DNA of 45,812 nt, taken from the IMG/VR virus record IMGVR_UViG_3300033402_000513, positions 1 to 45,812 of that record; one strand, written 5' to 3'. This document shows positions 36,455 through 45,812 of the stretch, one piece after another; positions within the stretch are counted from its first letter, which is position 1; every line of letters starts with the position of its first letter. A program made the translations under genes and the position numbers. The DNA comes from a virus (Duplodnaviria > Caudoviricetes). The notes under the pieces are model-generated. The model did no database searches and was not told the DNA's origin. It was given only the letters and a program-made list of their open reading frames with translations.

Positions 36455-37070
36455 TCAATTCAGTTTCCACAGCGGCTTCGGCCACCGAAACGGCGGGTCC
36501 GGCTTGACGTACCCATACGGGACGTACCGTGGTTGTGGCGCGGATTTCGTGTCAATGATCGACGGCGGGCTCACCTTTAGGGGATCGAGCCGGTCGGCTT
36601 GGTGCGCCGCCCAGACCAGCCAGTCGCCGAACGCTGCGCCGGGTTCCACCGCCTGGCCGTCTGCCAGTGCGGTCTCCCTGGCGGCCGCGACCAGCCCGCG
36701 AATTCGTTCCGCTCGCTCCAGGTTCGTGGCGGCCCGATGCAACGCTCGCACGCGCGCCTCTTCCTGCCTGATCTGTTCCGCCCGGTGCGCACGTTCCGCG
36801 GCGATACGCTCAGCCTCGGCCTTTTCCGCCGCGCGCCCCCTTACGGCTTCCAGATCTGAAGTGACAGTCGGCCGGACAACTCATACCGGTACGGCTTGCC
36901 GCCGTATGTGAGTACCCGTTCCAGCACGCCGCCCTTCGGCGGGGATGTGAGGTCGATGCGATCTACTTTCTCCAGGATCGCGAAGCCGATCTCCTGCCCG
37001 TAGAGGGTTGCCACAGTCTTTTCTCGGCATCCATTGGCGACGGTGACCTTGAACCCTTCCTCTTCCAGCG
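36455..37070 (-). pseudogene. Broken hypothetical gene of a type often found beside integrases
   Basis: Two frames (LEEEGFKV...LSLQIWKP* and EQIRQEEARVRAL...WAAHQADRLDPL) separated by a stop and frame change; no intact start. Confidence 0.55.
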
Positions 37071-37176
37071 ACCACGTCGGCACTCGATAGCGACCCTGGC
37101 GCAGCATCGGCCGGACGGCCAAGTCCGCAAACAGAAGAGTTGGCACCGCCACATCTGGCCAAGCCTGTAACGTTTG

Positions 37177-37202
37177 GGGTTCGATTCCCGTTAGCGCTAC
37201 CA
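37177..37202 (+). other. Second tRNA 3' fragment (T-loop to CCA, possibly tRNA-Glu); putative att
   Basis: GGGTTCGATTCCCGTTAGCGCTACCA with no 5' half upstream. Confidence 0.65.
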
Positions 37203-37494
37203 TGTTTTCATAGAGTTACGGGCCTAAAGGGACGCCAGGGGACGACGCGCAACGCGCCAGAAGAAAACTCGCGCGGGTCTGGCGTCCCTGGCCGAGTGAG
37301 ATCCAAATCTACGCGGTCGCAAGCGCGGCACCTATCTGGTCAACTTCCCACATGGACTTCGGGACCGCGTGGGTTCACTTCTACGGATGGGCGCTAGTTA
37401 ACGTGGGGCTGGTCGGATTCAATGCCCTGCTACAGCGCCGTTGGGCGCCTTGCGGGCCACGCCGGTGCAACCGGCCTTCGCCCCCGCCGACAGG

Positions 37495-39933
37495 TCACCT
37501 GAGGACGGTAACGGCTTTGCCGGAGTATGGCACAACCTTGTCCAGCCGGACGGCCGGCGCCACGCCGGCTCCGTGCCCCGGACTTACAAAGGTGACGCGA
37601 AATGTGCGGGACTGGATCATGCCTGGGAAGCTGCCCTTGCGTTCCCCGATGGTGAGTTGCTTTGAGGCGTCGCTCCAGTGGATGGGAATAGTGGCGTATG
37701 CGCCCTTCTCGTAGTTGTAGCTGTCATTCTCGTCTTCGTAGAGCATGAAGTCGCCGTCGGCGCCGGCGTAAACGCGCAGTTCGATCGGGTCGGCGGGCTT
37801 TTCCGTTGCGTATTCCATGTCCGGTCCCATGGGAACGATGGACCCGGCGCGGATGTAGAGCGGGATGCGATCGAGCGGAGCCGCGGCGTCCACCATTTTG
37901 CCGCCGGTGAGGACGCTTCCGGTCCAGAAGTCGTACCACTCGGAGGCGGGCAAGTAAAGGCGCCGGGTAGTGGCTCCCTGCTCGGTGACCGGATTGACCA
38001 GGATCGCCGGTCCGAACATAAACTGGTCGCCGATGTTCAGAACCTTGGGGTCCGCGCGGAAATCCATCACTAAGGCGCGCATGGGAGTATAACTCTGGCT
38101 GGTGGTCTTCCAGGCGAGGGAGTAGATGTACGGCATGAGCCGGTAGCGCAGGCGATCGAAGGCCATGAGGATCTTCTGCGCCTCCGGGCCGTAAGACCAT
38201 AGTTCGTTATGGCTGGGGGCGCGCGTTCCTTTGGCGTCCACCACGATGGTCACCGCTTCGGGGCCCCAGGCGGACAGCTCCGACGGATCCGTGGAGCGCG
38301 TTCCATGCACCCGGAAAATAGGGCAGAAGGTTCCGTACTGGAACCAGCGCACGAATAACTCCCGGTAGGCCGGATCATCCGGGTTCCCGAGGTAGAATCC
38401 GCCGATATCGGTTGTCCAGTAAGGAATGCCGGAAAGGGAGAAATTCAGCCCGGCAGGGATCTGGCGCTTGAATGTTTCGAAATCGGAGGCGACGTCGCCC
38501 GACCAGGCAGCCACGCCGTGGCGCTGAATGCCGGCAAAGGCCGAGCGGGAAAGAATGAAGACCCGTTTGCGGTCGGTCTCGTTCCGCTGCCCCTGGTATA
38601 CGCCGGCGGCATGCATGAGCGGGAAGATGTTGGCGTACCGCGCGCCGCTGCCGATGGCGGTTTGATCGCGCGTGAGGATGTTCTCTTCGCGTCCCGACGT
38701 CTCGGGCTCGGTAGTGTCGAGCCACCAGGCATCCGCGCCGATCTTGAAAAAAGCGTTGTCCATCAGGCGCCAGAACGCGGCGCGGGCTTCCGGGTTCATG
38801 GCATCGTAGAGCGCCATGCCGGCCGGATGCGTTCCGGCTACCACCTTGCGGTCGAGGAAAAACCCGCGTTTGTCCATGTCGTCGTAGGCCGCCGAGCCGG
38901 GATAGAAGTAGGGCCAGGCCGAAATCATCAGGTGGAAGTTGTTGCGGTGAAGATCGTCGACCATGGCCTTCGGATCGGGGTAGTCTTTGTTGAACCGGAA
39001 CGACCCCATGTTGTCCCACCAGAACCAATCCTGCACGATGTTGTCGACCGGGATGTGCATCTGGCGGTACTGGTGAGCCACGCTCAATAGCTCCTGCTGG
39101 GAGCGGTAGCGGTTCTTGGATTGCCAGAAGCCGTAGGCCCACTTCCCGAACATAGGGGCCGAGCCTGTCAGGTCCCGGTAGGCGGCGATGATGTTGTCAA
39201 AATCCGGCCCGTAGAGGAAGTAGTAGTCGATGGCGTCCGCCACTTCCGAGCTCAGGTACAGACCGTGCACGAAGCGGGCATTGAACCGGCTCCTGGAGGT
39301 GTTGTTCCAAAACAGCCCATAGCCGTTGGTCGATACCATGAGGGGAACGGCAATGACCGTGTTGTCCTGCGAGAGATCCACGGATTCGCCGCGGTAGTTC
39401 CAGACGCCCGCCTGCTGCTGCCCGAGGCCGTAGAAGGCCTCCTTGGAAGCATAGATGGAGAAGGAGAGCGTGGCGCGCCAGGCGTCCTCGCCGTTGACCC
39501 TGGCGGGGGTCATGTTCCGCGTGCCTTCCTGCAAGAGTCGCTTGCCCGCGGCGTCGCGGTACACGATCGCGCCGTCAGCGCGGTTCACTGTCACCCGCAG
39601 ACGCGAGGTAACCAGAGCGACTTCACTATCCGTGGACTCCATCTTCCACTGGACGGCCGGCCACGTGGTCTTCGTGACGACAAAGTCCGGGCGGATGGGG
39701 AGGTTGGAAGTGGGCGAATACCACGCGCGGATGATGGAATCGGAGCAGACCTGGATCCGCAACACGCCCACTCGCATCTCGAACCGGGCGCCATCGGCCT
39801 CCTGATGGACACCGGTCACCGGATTCAGCGGATTCCACTGGGCGCAGGCGCCGCCGGCGAACCAAAGGACCAAAAGCCATGGCAGGCGGAGGAGGGCGCA
39901 CTTTGCCGTCGAGATCGGATGCATGCATCCCAA
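37495..39933 (-). CDS. Glycoside hydrolase family 31 (alpha-xylosidase/glucosidase-like), secreted
   Basis: WWLDTTEPE nucleophile, WSGD, WTTDIGGF and FCPIFRVHG motifs; signal-peptide-like N-terminus; start uncertain. Confidence 0.92.
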   Translation of the reverse strand: MGCMHPISTAKCALLRLPWLLVLWFAGGACAQWNPLNPVTGVHQEADGARFEMRVGVLRIQVCSDSIIRAWYSPTSNLPIRPDFVVTKTTWPAVQWKMESTDSEVALVTSRLRVTVNRADGAIVYRDAAGKRLLQEGTRNMTPARVNGEDAWRATLSFSIYASKEAFYGLGQQQAGVWNYRGESVDLSQDNTVIAVPLMVSTNGYGLFWNNTSRSRFNARFVHGLYLSSEVADAIDYYFLYGPDFDNIIAAYRDLTGSAPMFGKWAYGFWQSKNRYRSQQELLSVAHQYRQMHIPVDNIVQDWFWWDNMGSFRFNKDYPDPKAMVDDLHRNNFHLMISAWPYFYPGSAAYDDMDKRGFFLDRKVVAGTHPAGMALYDAMNPEARAAFWRLMDNAFFKIGADAWWLDTTEPETSGREENILTRDQTAIGSGARYANIFPLMHAAGVYQGQRNETDRKRVFILSRSAFAGIQRHGVAAWSGDVASDFETFKRQIPAGLNFSLSGIPYWTTDIGGFYLGNPDDPAYRELFVRWFQYGTFCPIFRVHGTRSTDPSELSAWGPEAVTIVVDAKGTRAPSHNELWSYGPEAQKILMAFDRLRYRLMPYIYSLAWKTTSQSYTPMRALVMDFRADPKVLNIGDQFMFGPAILVNPVTEQGATTRRLYLPASEWYDFWTGSVLTGGKMVDAAAPLDRIPLYIRAGSIVPMGPDMEYATEKPADPIELRVYAGADGDFMLYEDENDSYNYEKGAYATIPIHWSDASKQLTIGERKGSFPGMIQSRTFRVTFVSPGHGAGVAPAVRLDKVVPYSGKAVTVLR

Positions 39934-40049
39934 TTATATTGCGGAGGCGTACGGCGCCGATGATTTTCCGTTTGCGGCCGCCTGGCGAAACCGGGAGCGC
40001 TCGCCGGTTTTTCGCCGGAGGTTCTCGCGATTGGCCCAGAGGGCTGAAA

Positions 40050-40649
40050 TCAAAGGCTCGCCGGAGCCCCGCCAAAAAGCCGGAGGAGCGATTTCTTTTC
40101 GCCTCCGTTCTCCGGAATCCTCCATAGGTAGATGTTGTGCCCTTCGACCTCGTCTTCTCTCTCCGGCTTCCAGTCTCCCATGTCGAAGGTTTGGGAAACC
40201 ACCCGCGCGCCGGGTTTCAGGTCGTGCCACAGCTTGGGCCGCAGCTTGAGGTTGAGCGATGTCAAAAGGTACAGAGTCACTACGGACGCTTCGTGAATGT
40301 CGGCTTCGAACAGATCCTCGTTGCGGAACGCGACCAGGTTGGTTACCCCGGCCTGGGTGGCGTTGGCGTTGGCTTCGGCGATTCTCTGGGGATTGATGTC
40401 GATGCCGATTCCCTTGACGCCGTATTCCTTGGCGGCCGTAACCACGATGCGGCCGTCGCCGGAGCCCAAGTCATACACCACGTCGCCCTTGTGCACCCCC
40501 GCCATCTTGAGCATGGCGTCCACCACCGCCTGCGGCGTCGGCACGAAGATCACGTCCGGCTCCCGCAACGGCTTGTTCTCTTGGGCGCCCGCCACGGGGA
40601 CCAAGCCAAGAACCAGCGTGAGGCAAAGAATGGCCTTAGCGAACCGCAT
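40050..40649 (-). CDS. Class I SAM-dependent methyltransferase with signal peptide
   Basis: FVPTP, YDLGSGDGRI, GIDI, VTLYL and LKPGARVVS motifs. Confidence 0.88.
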   Translation of the reverse strand: MRFAKAILCLTLVLGLVPVAGAQENKPLREPDVIFVPTPQAVVDAMLKMAGVHKGDVVYDLGSGDGRIVVTAAKEYGVKGIGIDINPQRIAEANANATQAGVTNLVAFRNEDLFEADIHEASVVTLYLLTSLNLKLRPKLWHDLKPGARVVSQTFDMGDWKPEREDEVEGHNIYLWRIPENGGEKKSLLRLFGGAPASL

Positions 40650-40697
40650 ACCATCTCCTTTCACGAGAATCCACTGTATACCAAGGCGAGAACGGCT

Positions 40698-40886
40698 TCA
40701 ACCGGCGCCACATTCGGAGGGAGACGACGCTTGCTTCTCGCGGCGGCCCATGAGCTGATGTAAGGCGAAGGGGACCTCGTCGGGATGCGCCGCGCACCAA
40801 ACAATGATGCGATCGAACTTGATGGTATCGTCGGCAATGGCGCTGATTTCCATCAGCTCGGTTTCGATGATCGCCACATCTCGCAT
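40698..40886 (-). CDS. Small hypothetical protein
   Basis: GGAG RBS before ATG 40886; fills the gap between two co-oriented genes. Confidence 0.5.
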   Translation of the reverse strand: MRDVAIIETELMEISAIADDTIKFDRIIVWCAAHPDEVPFALHQLMGRREKQASSPSECGAG

Positions 40887-41001
40887 AATGACTCCAGCAT
40901 GGCATATGTCGGCGCCTGGCGCGGCGGAGAGGAGGCCGGCGTCAACGGGGAGTGGCATGAGCAACGATTATATTCCAAGAACGTTCCCTGGCGACAGGCG
41001 A

Positions 41002-41823
41002 CTAATGCGTTAGATCGTAAGTGAAATAGTTCATCGCGACCCTGTAGGCTAACCCAGCCCATTTTTCCGGATACCGGGGGTCGTCAGACCACTCCCAGGC
41101 ATCGCCCAGGTCCATGTTATGACAGATTGCGACCATGATCCGACCTTTGTCGTCGTAGATCGCGCGCCAGTGCGCCGGCCTGCCGGTCTCGCCTTTTTCG
41201 TAGGTAAGCCCAGTGTGGGTCCATTGCCAGCCGGGTACCTGGAACCGGTCGTCCAGATCATAGATGGTATGGAAGATCGGGTCGCTGTTCTCGATGTCCA
41301 CGATGGGTCGGTCGGGGAACACCTTGCTCATGCTGGCGGCAAAAACTTGCCACTCGTTCATGCCCCCATACTCCTCCGAGCCGTGAAAATCGTCGACCAT
41401 CAGGAAACCGCCACGCAGCAGAAACTCCCGCAATTGCGCCGCCTGATCGTCCGGCAAGTACCAATGCCCGACCTCAACTGCGTACATCATCGGCCAGTTG
41501 TAAACGTCGCCGGCGTCGTCGAGTTCCACCACCTGCTCCACCGATCGCGCGTCGATCCGCGTCAGGCGTCGCACGCCTTGAAGCAGATGCCGATCCGAGC
41601 GCGGATAATCCATCGTCCAGTTCAGACTGGACCGGAAGCCCCGGTTGATGCCGGGACATTTGAGCCTCGCGCGGGTCCATTCGTGCTTTTCTTGATAATC
41701 GGGCGGCAGCGGAAAGTTCTCATACTCGATCGCTTCATATTCGCGAAAGGGCTTTTGAGCGCGCAATACAGCCCAAGCGCCGAGGCCGGTTGCAATCAAC
41801 AATAGAAGCGAGCGAAGCCGCAT
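41002..41823 (-). CDS. DUF4159 domain protein
   Basis: WTMDYPRSDRHL, LREFLLRGGFLMVDDFHG and HNMDLGDAWEW motifs. Confidence 0.85.
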   Translation of the reverse strand: MRLRSLLLLIATGLGAWAVLRAQKPFREYEAIEYENFPLPPDYQEKHEWTRARLKCPGINRGFRSSLNWTMDYPRSDRHLLQGVRRLTRIDARSVEQVVELDDAGDVYNWPMMYAVEVGHWYLPDDQAAQLREFLLRGGFLMVDDFHGSEEYGGMNEWQVFAASMSKVFPDRPIVDIENSDPIFHTIYDLDDRFQVPGWQWTHTGLTYEKGETGRPAHWRAIYDDKGRIMVAICHNMDLGDAWEWSDDPRYPEKWAGLAYRVAMNYFTYDLTH

Positions 41824-42082
41824 TTCAGTGTGTCGTCCGGGATTGCCCAGTTTTCATCAGCATACTTCAATTCGGCGGTTTTCCGGCTTTAGGCAGCGCC
41901 TGAAAGGTGCTTTCATGCACGGCGGCCGGTCCGGCCACTCCCCGGGACGCGAGCGGTTCGGACTCGAATACCGTGTGGCGGCGGGCGGGTTCGACGCCAA
42001 CGACGGACCGAGTGTCCCACTGACGGCCGGCTGCCTGCCGGATGTTGTACAATCCCCACAAGCCCAGTCGGGAGGTCCCGCC

Positions 42083-43240
42083 ATGAAAGAGGTTCTCAAT
42101 TCCAGGCAGAAAGCCGAATTCGCGACACGGGGGTTTTCGCGCCGCGACTTTCACAGAATCGCTTGGTTGCTCACCGCGGGGGCGGCGCTGCCGTTCTACA
42201 ACGAGCCGGCGCTGGCGCAACGCGGTATGCGGGGCGGGGGAGATCCGGACGCCGTGAGGATCGACGCCAACGAGAATCCCATGGGCCCGTGCGCGGAGGC
42301 GGCCGAGGCGATTCACGCCATGGTGCAGAAGGGCGGCCGGTATCTCATGGGCGAGAGTTCCAGGATGGCTGCGACCCTGGCGGAACAGGAGGGCCTCGCC
42401 TCGGGTTACGTCCAGCCCTTCGCGGGTTCAAGCGATGCGCTGCATCGCACCGTTCTCTCCTTTTGCGGAAAGGACCGGCCGTATGTCTTCGGGAACCCCG
42501 GTTACGAAGCGGGCGGCCGCGCGGCCCAGTTCGTGGGCGCGAGCGCGATCGGCGTGCCGCTGGCGGAGGGCAGTTTCGCCCATGACGTCCGGAAGATGGC
42601 TGCCGCCCACCCGACACCGGGCGTGATTTACATCTGTAACCCCAACAACCCGACGGGCACGGTCACCCCGAAGGCCGATATCGAGTGGCTGGTGAACAAT
42701 AAGCCGGCCGGCGCCATCGTGCTGCTGGACGAGGCCTACATTCACTTTTCGACGCACGCCGAAAAGTCGTCCTACCTGGTGGCGGCGGGCAAGGACCTGA
42801 TTGTTCTTCGCACCTTCTCCAAACTCTATGGGATGGCCGGGCTGCGGGCCGGCGCCGCGATGGGCCGGCCCGACCTGCTGCGCAAGATCGGCCAGTACGC
42901 GGGCATGGGCTTTCTGCCCATCACGGGGATGGCGGGGGCCACCGCCAGCCTGCAATCGAAGACCGTCGTCGCCGAGCGCCGCGGGATCTACGACGCGGTT
43001 CGCCAGGAGACGTTCGAGTTTCTCGCCAAGAGGAACATCGGGTTCATTCCCTCCGAGGCCAACATGTTCATGATCGACGTAAAGCGTCCGGCCCAGGCGT
43101 TCGCCCAGGCTATGGCGAGGCAGGGAGTGATCATCGGTCGCGTGTGGCCGGCGTGGCCCAATTGGGTGCGCGTAACCGTGGGAAGCCCCCAGGACATGGC
43201 GAAATTCCGCGACGCGTGCGCGGCATGTTACGAGGCCTGA
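42083..43240 (+). CDS. PLP-dependent aminotransferase class I/II (HisC-like) with Tat signal
   Basis: SRRDF twin-arginine, NENP, CNPNNPTG, DEAY and RTFSKLYGMAGLRAG; GGAGG RBS before ATG 42083. Confidence 0.92.
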   Translation: MKEVLNSRQKAEFATRGFSRRDFHRIAWLLTAGAALPFYNEPALAQRGMRGGGDPDAVRIDANENPMGPCAEAAEAIHAMVQKGGRYLMGESSRMAATLAEQEGLASGYVQPFAGSSDALHRTVLSFCGKDRPYVFGNPGYEAGGRAAQFVGASAIGVPLAEGSFAHDVRKMAAAHPTPGVIYICNPNNPTGTVTPKADIEWLVNNKPAGAIVLLDEAYIHFSTHAEKSSYLVAAGKDLIVLRTFSKLYGMAGLRAGAAMGRPDLLRKIGQYAGMGFLPITGMAGATASLQSKTVVAERRGIYDAVRQETFEFLAKRNIGFIPSEANMFMIDVKRPAQAFAQAMARQGVIIGRVWPAWPNWVRVTVGSPQDMAKFRDACAACYEA

Positions 43241-43394
43241 AAAGCCCCGAAGAACCCAGCATGGCCGGCGGTGCCCGCAGGCTTCACAACGCACGATCCG
43301 CCGGAGCGTCGCCGCCTCGCGATATCTCGGGCAGCGCGCTGTCGACGCCGCGTCCCGCCGGCGCTTCGACCAGGCTTTCAACCTTCGCTGGAGT

Positions 43395-45665
43395 TCATTG
43401 TATGGTTATGGTGACGACGTTGGCCTGCTGTCCGTTCGCCGTCAAAACGATGTTCACGCTTCCTTTACCCGCCAACGCCTGCGGCAGCGGGCCGATGTTC
43501 ACCTGATCCTCTCCCACGAATTGCGATGTCGCGGCCGCTCCCAGCACCGGCACGTTCACTCCGCCCACCGTCGCGGTGAAGTTGGTGGCATTGCGGAAGC
43601 CCGTGCCGTAAATCTCAAGATACACCTGCTCAGTGGCCGGCCCGAGACTGACCGGCAAAGCAACCACGCTTCCGGACACCACCTGGTACACCGGCTGTAA
43701 TGTTTGTTGGACGCCGGAAATCACCGGCAAGACCCAGGCCGCTACCAGCCCCGCGCCATTTAACTCGAAGATCCCCGGCGAAACAGCGCCGATTGAGATA
43801 GTGGTGGACTGAATCGTCCCGTTCTGATTCTGGATCGTCACTGTCGCTGTTCCCGCGGCCGTGCCCGCCGGTATCTCGAAGTTGATCTGCCCCGGCGAGA
43901 CGAAGTATAGAGGAGCCGGACGCGCGACGCCGGCCGAGTCCGTGACCGTCACGGAGTTGCCGGTTAGTGACGTCGGCAGCGGCAGGGTTGTCGCCGCAAC
44001 TGTTACGCTGGCCAAATCCGCGCCATACACCGAAATGATGGATTCCGCCGCCAGGGCTTCGATTTGTCCGGACGGGGCCAATGTGACTGCCGGGCCGGTT
44101 GGCGAAATCTTGGCGACAAAGCCGTGGTAACAGCAGGTGGGAACGGGAGACGGGTTGGTGGTTTCGAATGCGCCGGGAGTGGTGATCAGGTCCGGGCCGA
44201 TATTATTGCCGGCTACATAGATAGCGCCGGAGGCGTCGACCGCCAGGCCGCCTGTCGTCATGCCATCGAGCCAGCCGGACCCGACGCCCGTGGCGAATAG
44301 CAGGTTCTTCCCCGTGGGATCGAGTTCGGCAACCACCTGCCCGGGGTTTCCGCTGCCCCCGGAAGACTCGACGGGGTTGACTAATGGGAACTTCGGATTG
44401 GCGATTCCCGTAATGTAAATATTCCCCTTGCTATCTAACTGGATGGGACCGATGTCGGTTAAGTTGTCGCCTCCATCCTGCCTGGATCCGCCCACATAAG
44501 TGGACCATGCAACGGCAGTCGCCGTTGAGTTGAGCTTGGTCACGTGGCCGGCCGAGCAGGTTCCTCCCGATCCGCAAGCCGTTCCATAAACGCCGCTGGT
44601 TACCGGAAAATCGGAGGAATTGGTGTATCCGGTTACATACATATTGCCGGAGCTATCGATGGCGATGCCGCTGAGATAGTCGCTGGTGTTGCCAGTTTTT
44701 CCGCCGAGATAGGTGCAGGCGGCCAGCGATGAGCCGTTGGCGGGAGTGACTGGATCGAACTTCGCGATGAATCCGCGGTAAGCCGTCACATCGCTGCCCG
44801 AGTAATCGAGAGGGGCGCCGCTCGACTGATACGCGCCCGGCGTGGTCGGCAGCTTGCCTGCCGTGGTATAGCCGATCAGATAGAAATAGCCGTTGGAATC
44901 CACCGTCATCCCGGTAGCCCAGGAGCCGCCGGAGGTCGTGGTAGCGCTGGTCTTCAGTCCGTTCAAGTCGCCGAAGAGAGTGGAGTAGAGCAGGTTGGCG
45001 CCGGCGGCGTCGAACACCGCGGCGAAGCAAAAGTCCGTAACGTTGTTGGCGTTGATGGTTTGGATTGTCGCGCTGGAGGTGGTAGGGAAGCAGGCTTGAA
45101 AAACATAGGAGGTGTTGCAGGGGGCATTCTCGTTGCCGGCAACGTAAGCGCGGCCTGCGGAATCCACGGCGATCGCGGTCCCTACCGACCCCCCATAACC
45201 GCCCAGAAACGTCGAATAGACCAGGCCGGCGCCGGCAGGATTCAGCTTGGTCACAAATGCCGAGTTGTTAGTGTTGCAGGTTGCTTTAGTGACCGTGCCT
45301 GGGGGTGTGCTCGGCGATGGCGAGCAGAGGGTCTGGTAGGCTCCGCCGGTAATCGGGAAATCGTTGGAGGTGGTGTTACCGGTGACATAGGCGCTGCCGC
45401 TGGAGTCCACGGCGATCGCATAGGCGTAGTCCCAGCCGCTGCCGCTCAGGTAGGTGGAATAGACCAGCGAGCCGCCGTCGGGACTGAATTTGGCGACAAA
45501 CACCGAAGGGGCGCTCCCCTTGGACTGTCCGCCTTGATAAGCGTTCTTGGTAGGGAAGTTCGCGGAGGTAGTGTAGCCCGTCACGTACACGCTGCCTGAC
45601 GAATCCACGGCGATGGCTTGCAGCGACCCTTGTCCGTAACCCGGTCCGGTGGTATTTCCGATCAC
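43395..45665 (-). CDS. SBBP beta-propeller repeat protein with acidobacterial C-terminal domain; possibly 5'-truncated
   Basis: Repeated IAVDSSG..YVTG.T.S..FP units; C-terminal PLYFVSPGQINF...GEDQVN domain typical of Solibacter-type proteins; no signal peptide, in-frame stop upstream. Confidence 0.82.
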   Translation of the reverse strand: MIGNTTGPGYGQGSLQAIAVDSSGSVYVTGYTTSANFPTKNAYQGGQSKGSAPSVFVAKFSPDGGSLVYSTYLSGSGWDYAYAIAVDSSGSAYVTGNTTSNDFPITGGAYQTLCSPSPSTPPGTVTKATCNTNNSAFVTKLNPAGAGLVYSTFLGGYGGSVGTAIAVDSAGRAYVAGNENAPCNTSYVFQACFPTTSSATIQTINANNVTDFCFAAVFDAAGANLLYSTLFGDLNGLKTSATTTSGGSWATGMTVDSNGYFYLIGYTTAGKLPTTPGAYQSSGAPLDYSGSDVTAYRGFIAKFDPVTPANGSSLAACTYLGGKTGNTSDYLSGIAIDSSGNMYVTGYTNSSDFPVTSGVYGTACGSGGTCSAGHVTKLNSTATAVAWSTYVGGSRQDGGDNLTDIGPIQLDSKGNIYITGIANPKFPLVNPVESSGGSGNPGQVVAELDPTGKNLLFATGVGSGWLDGMTTGGLAVDASGAIYVAGNNIGPDLITTPGAFETTNPSPVPTCCYHGFVAKISPTGPAVTLAPSGQIEALAAESIISVYGADLASVTVAATTLPLPTSLTGNSVTVTDSAGVARPAPLYFVSPGQINFEIPAGTAAGTATVTIQNQNGTIQSTTISIGAVSPGIFELNGAGLVAAWVLPVISGVQQTLQPVYQVVSGSVVALPVSLGPATEQVYLEIYGTGFRNATNFTATVGGVNVPVLGAAATSQFVGEDQVNIGPLPQALAGKGSVNIVLTANGQQANVVTITIQ

Positions 45666-45812
45666 TGCTGTCCAAGACAGGGCGGCCCCGGGTGTGTGAT
45701 CGCTGAGAACAAGCGGGTTCTGGGACGGGATTAAGCATTTTCAGGATGAGGTCTCCATGCTTGGGCTGTCCGGGCCTGTCCAAATCATCCGAGGGCCAGG
45801 GTAAGTTGTTCA

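Noticed and set aside
41828-42082. N-terminal extension of the aminotransferase given by the ORF track
   Set aside because: Better start at ATG 42083 with a GGAGG RBS just before the Tat motif
42083-43240. hisC symbol
   Set aside because: The Tat signal and absence of his operon context suggest a periplasmic paralogue

Overview
Positions 1-36164 are the right-hand part of a long-tailed (siphovirus-type) prophage. The GC-rich host looks acidobacterial (Solibacter/Bryobacteraceae-like), judged from the flanking genes. All core phage genes are on the + strand: head, neck, tail tube, tail chaperone pair, tape measure, tail tip and fibre, then an Xis/primase/UvrD/integrase module. The prophage ends at a 3' fragment of tRNA-Asn(GTT), a probable att site. 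Three visibly lower-GC cargo cassettes interrupt the backbone. (1) DUF3892 plus a small protein, divergent from an XRE-HTH and an ImmA/IrrE peptidase. (2) A HigBA-like TA pair facing a three-gene base-modification operon: thymidylate-synthase-like with the cytosine-type Asp, UDG-like, and aGPT-pyrophosphorylase clade 3-like. (3) Between integrase and att, a four-gene operon: P-loop kinase, GreA/B-like factor, CMPK2/dTMP-kinase-like, and a Nudix-like/SAM-methyltransferase fusion. Cassettes 3 and 2 are the best candidates for undescribed nucleotide-based defence systems. After the att come a pseudogene, a second tRNA 3' fragment and ordinary host genes (GH31, methyltransferase, DUF4159, Tat aminotransferase, SBBP-repeat protein). 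All family calls come from reading motifs by eye; no database searches were run.
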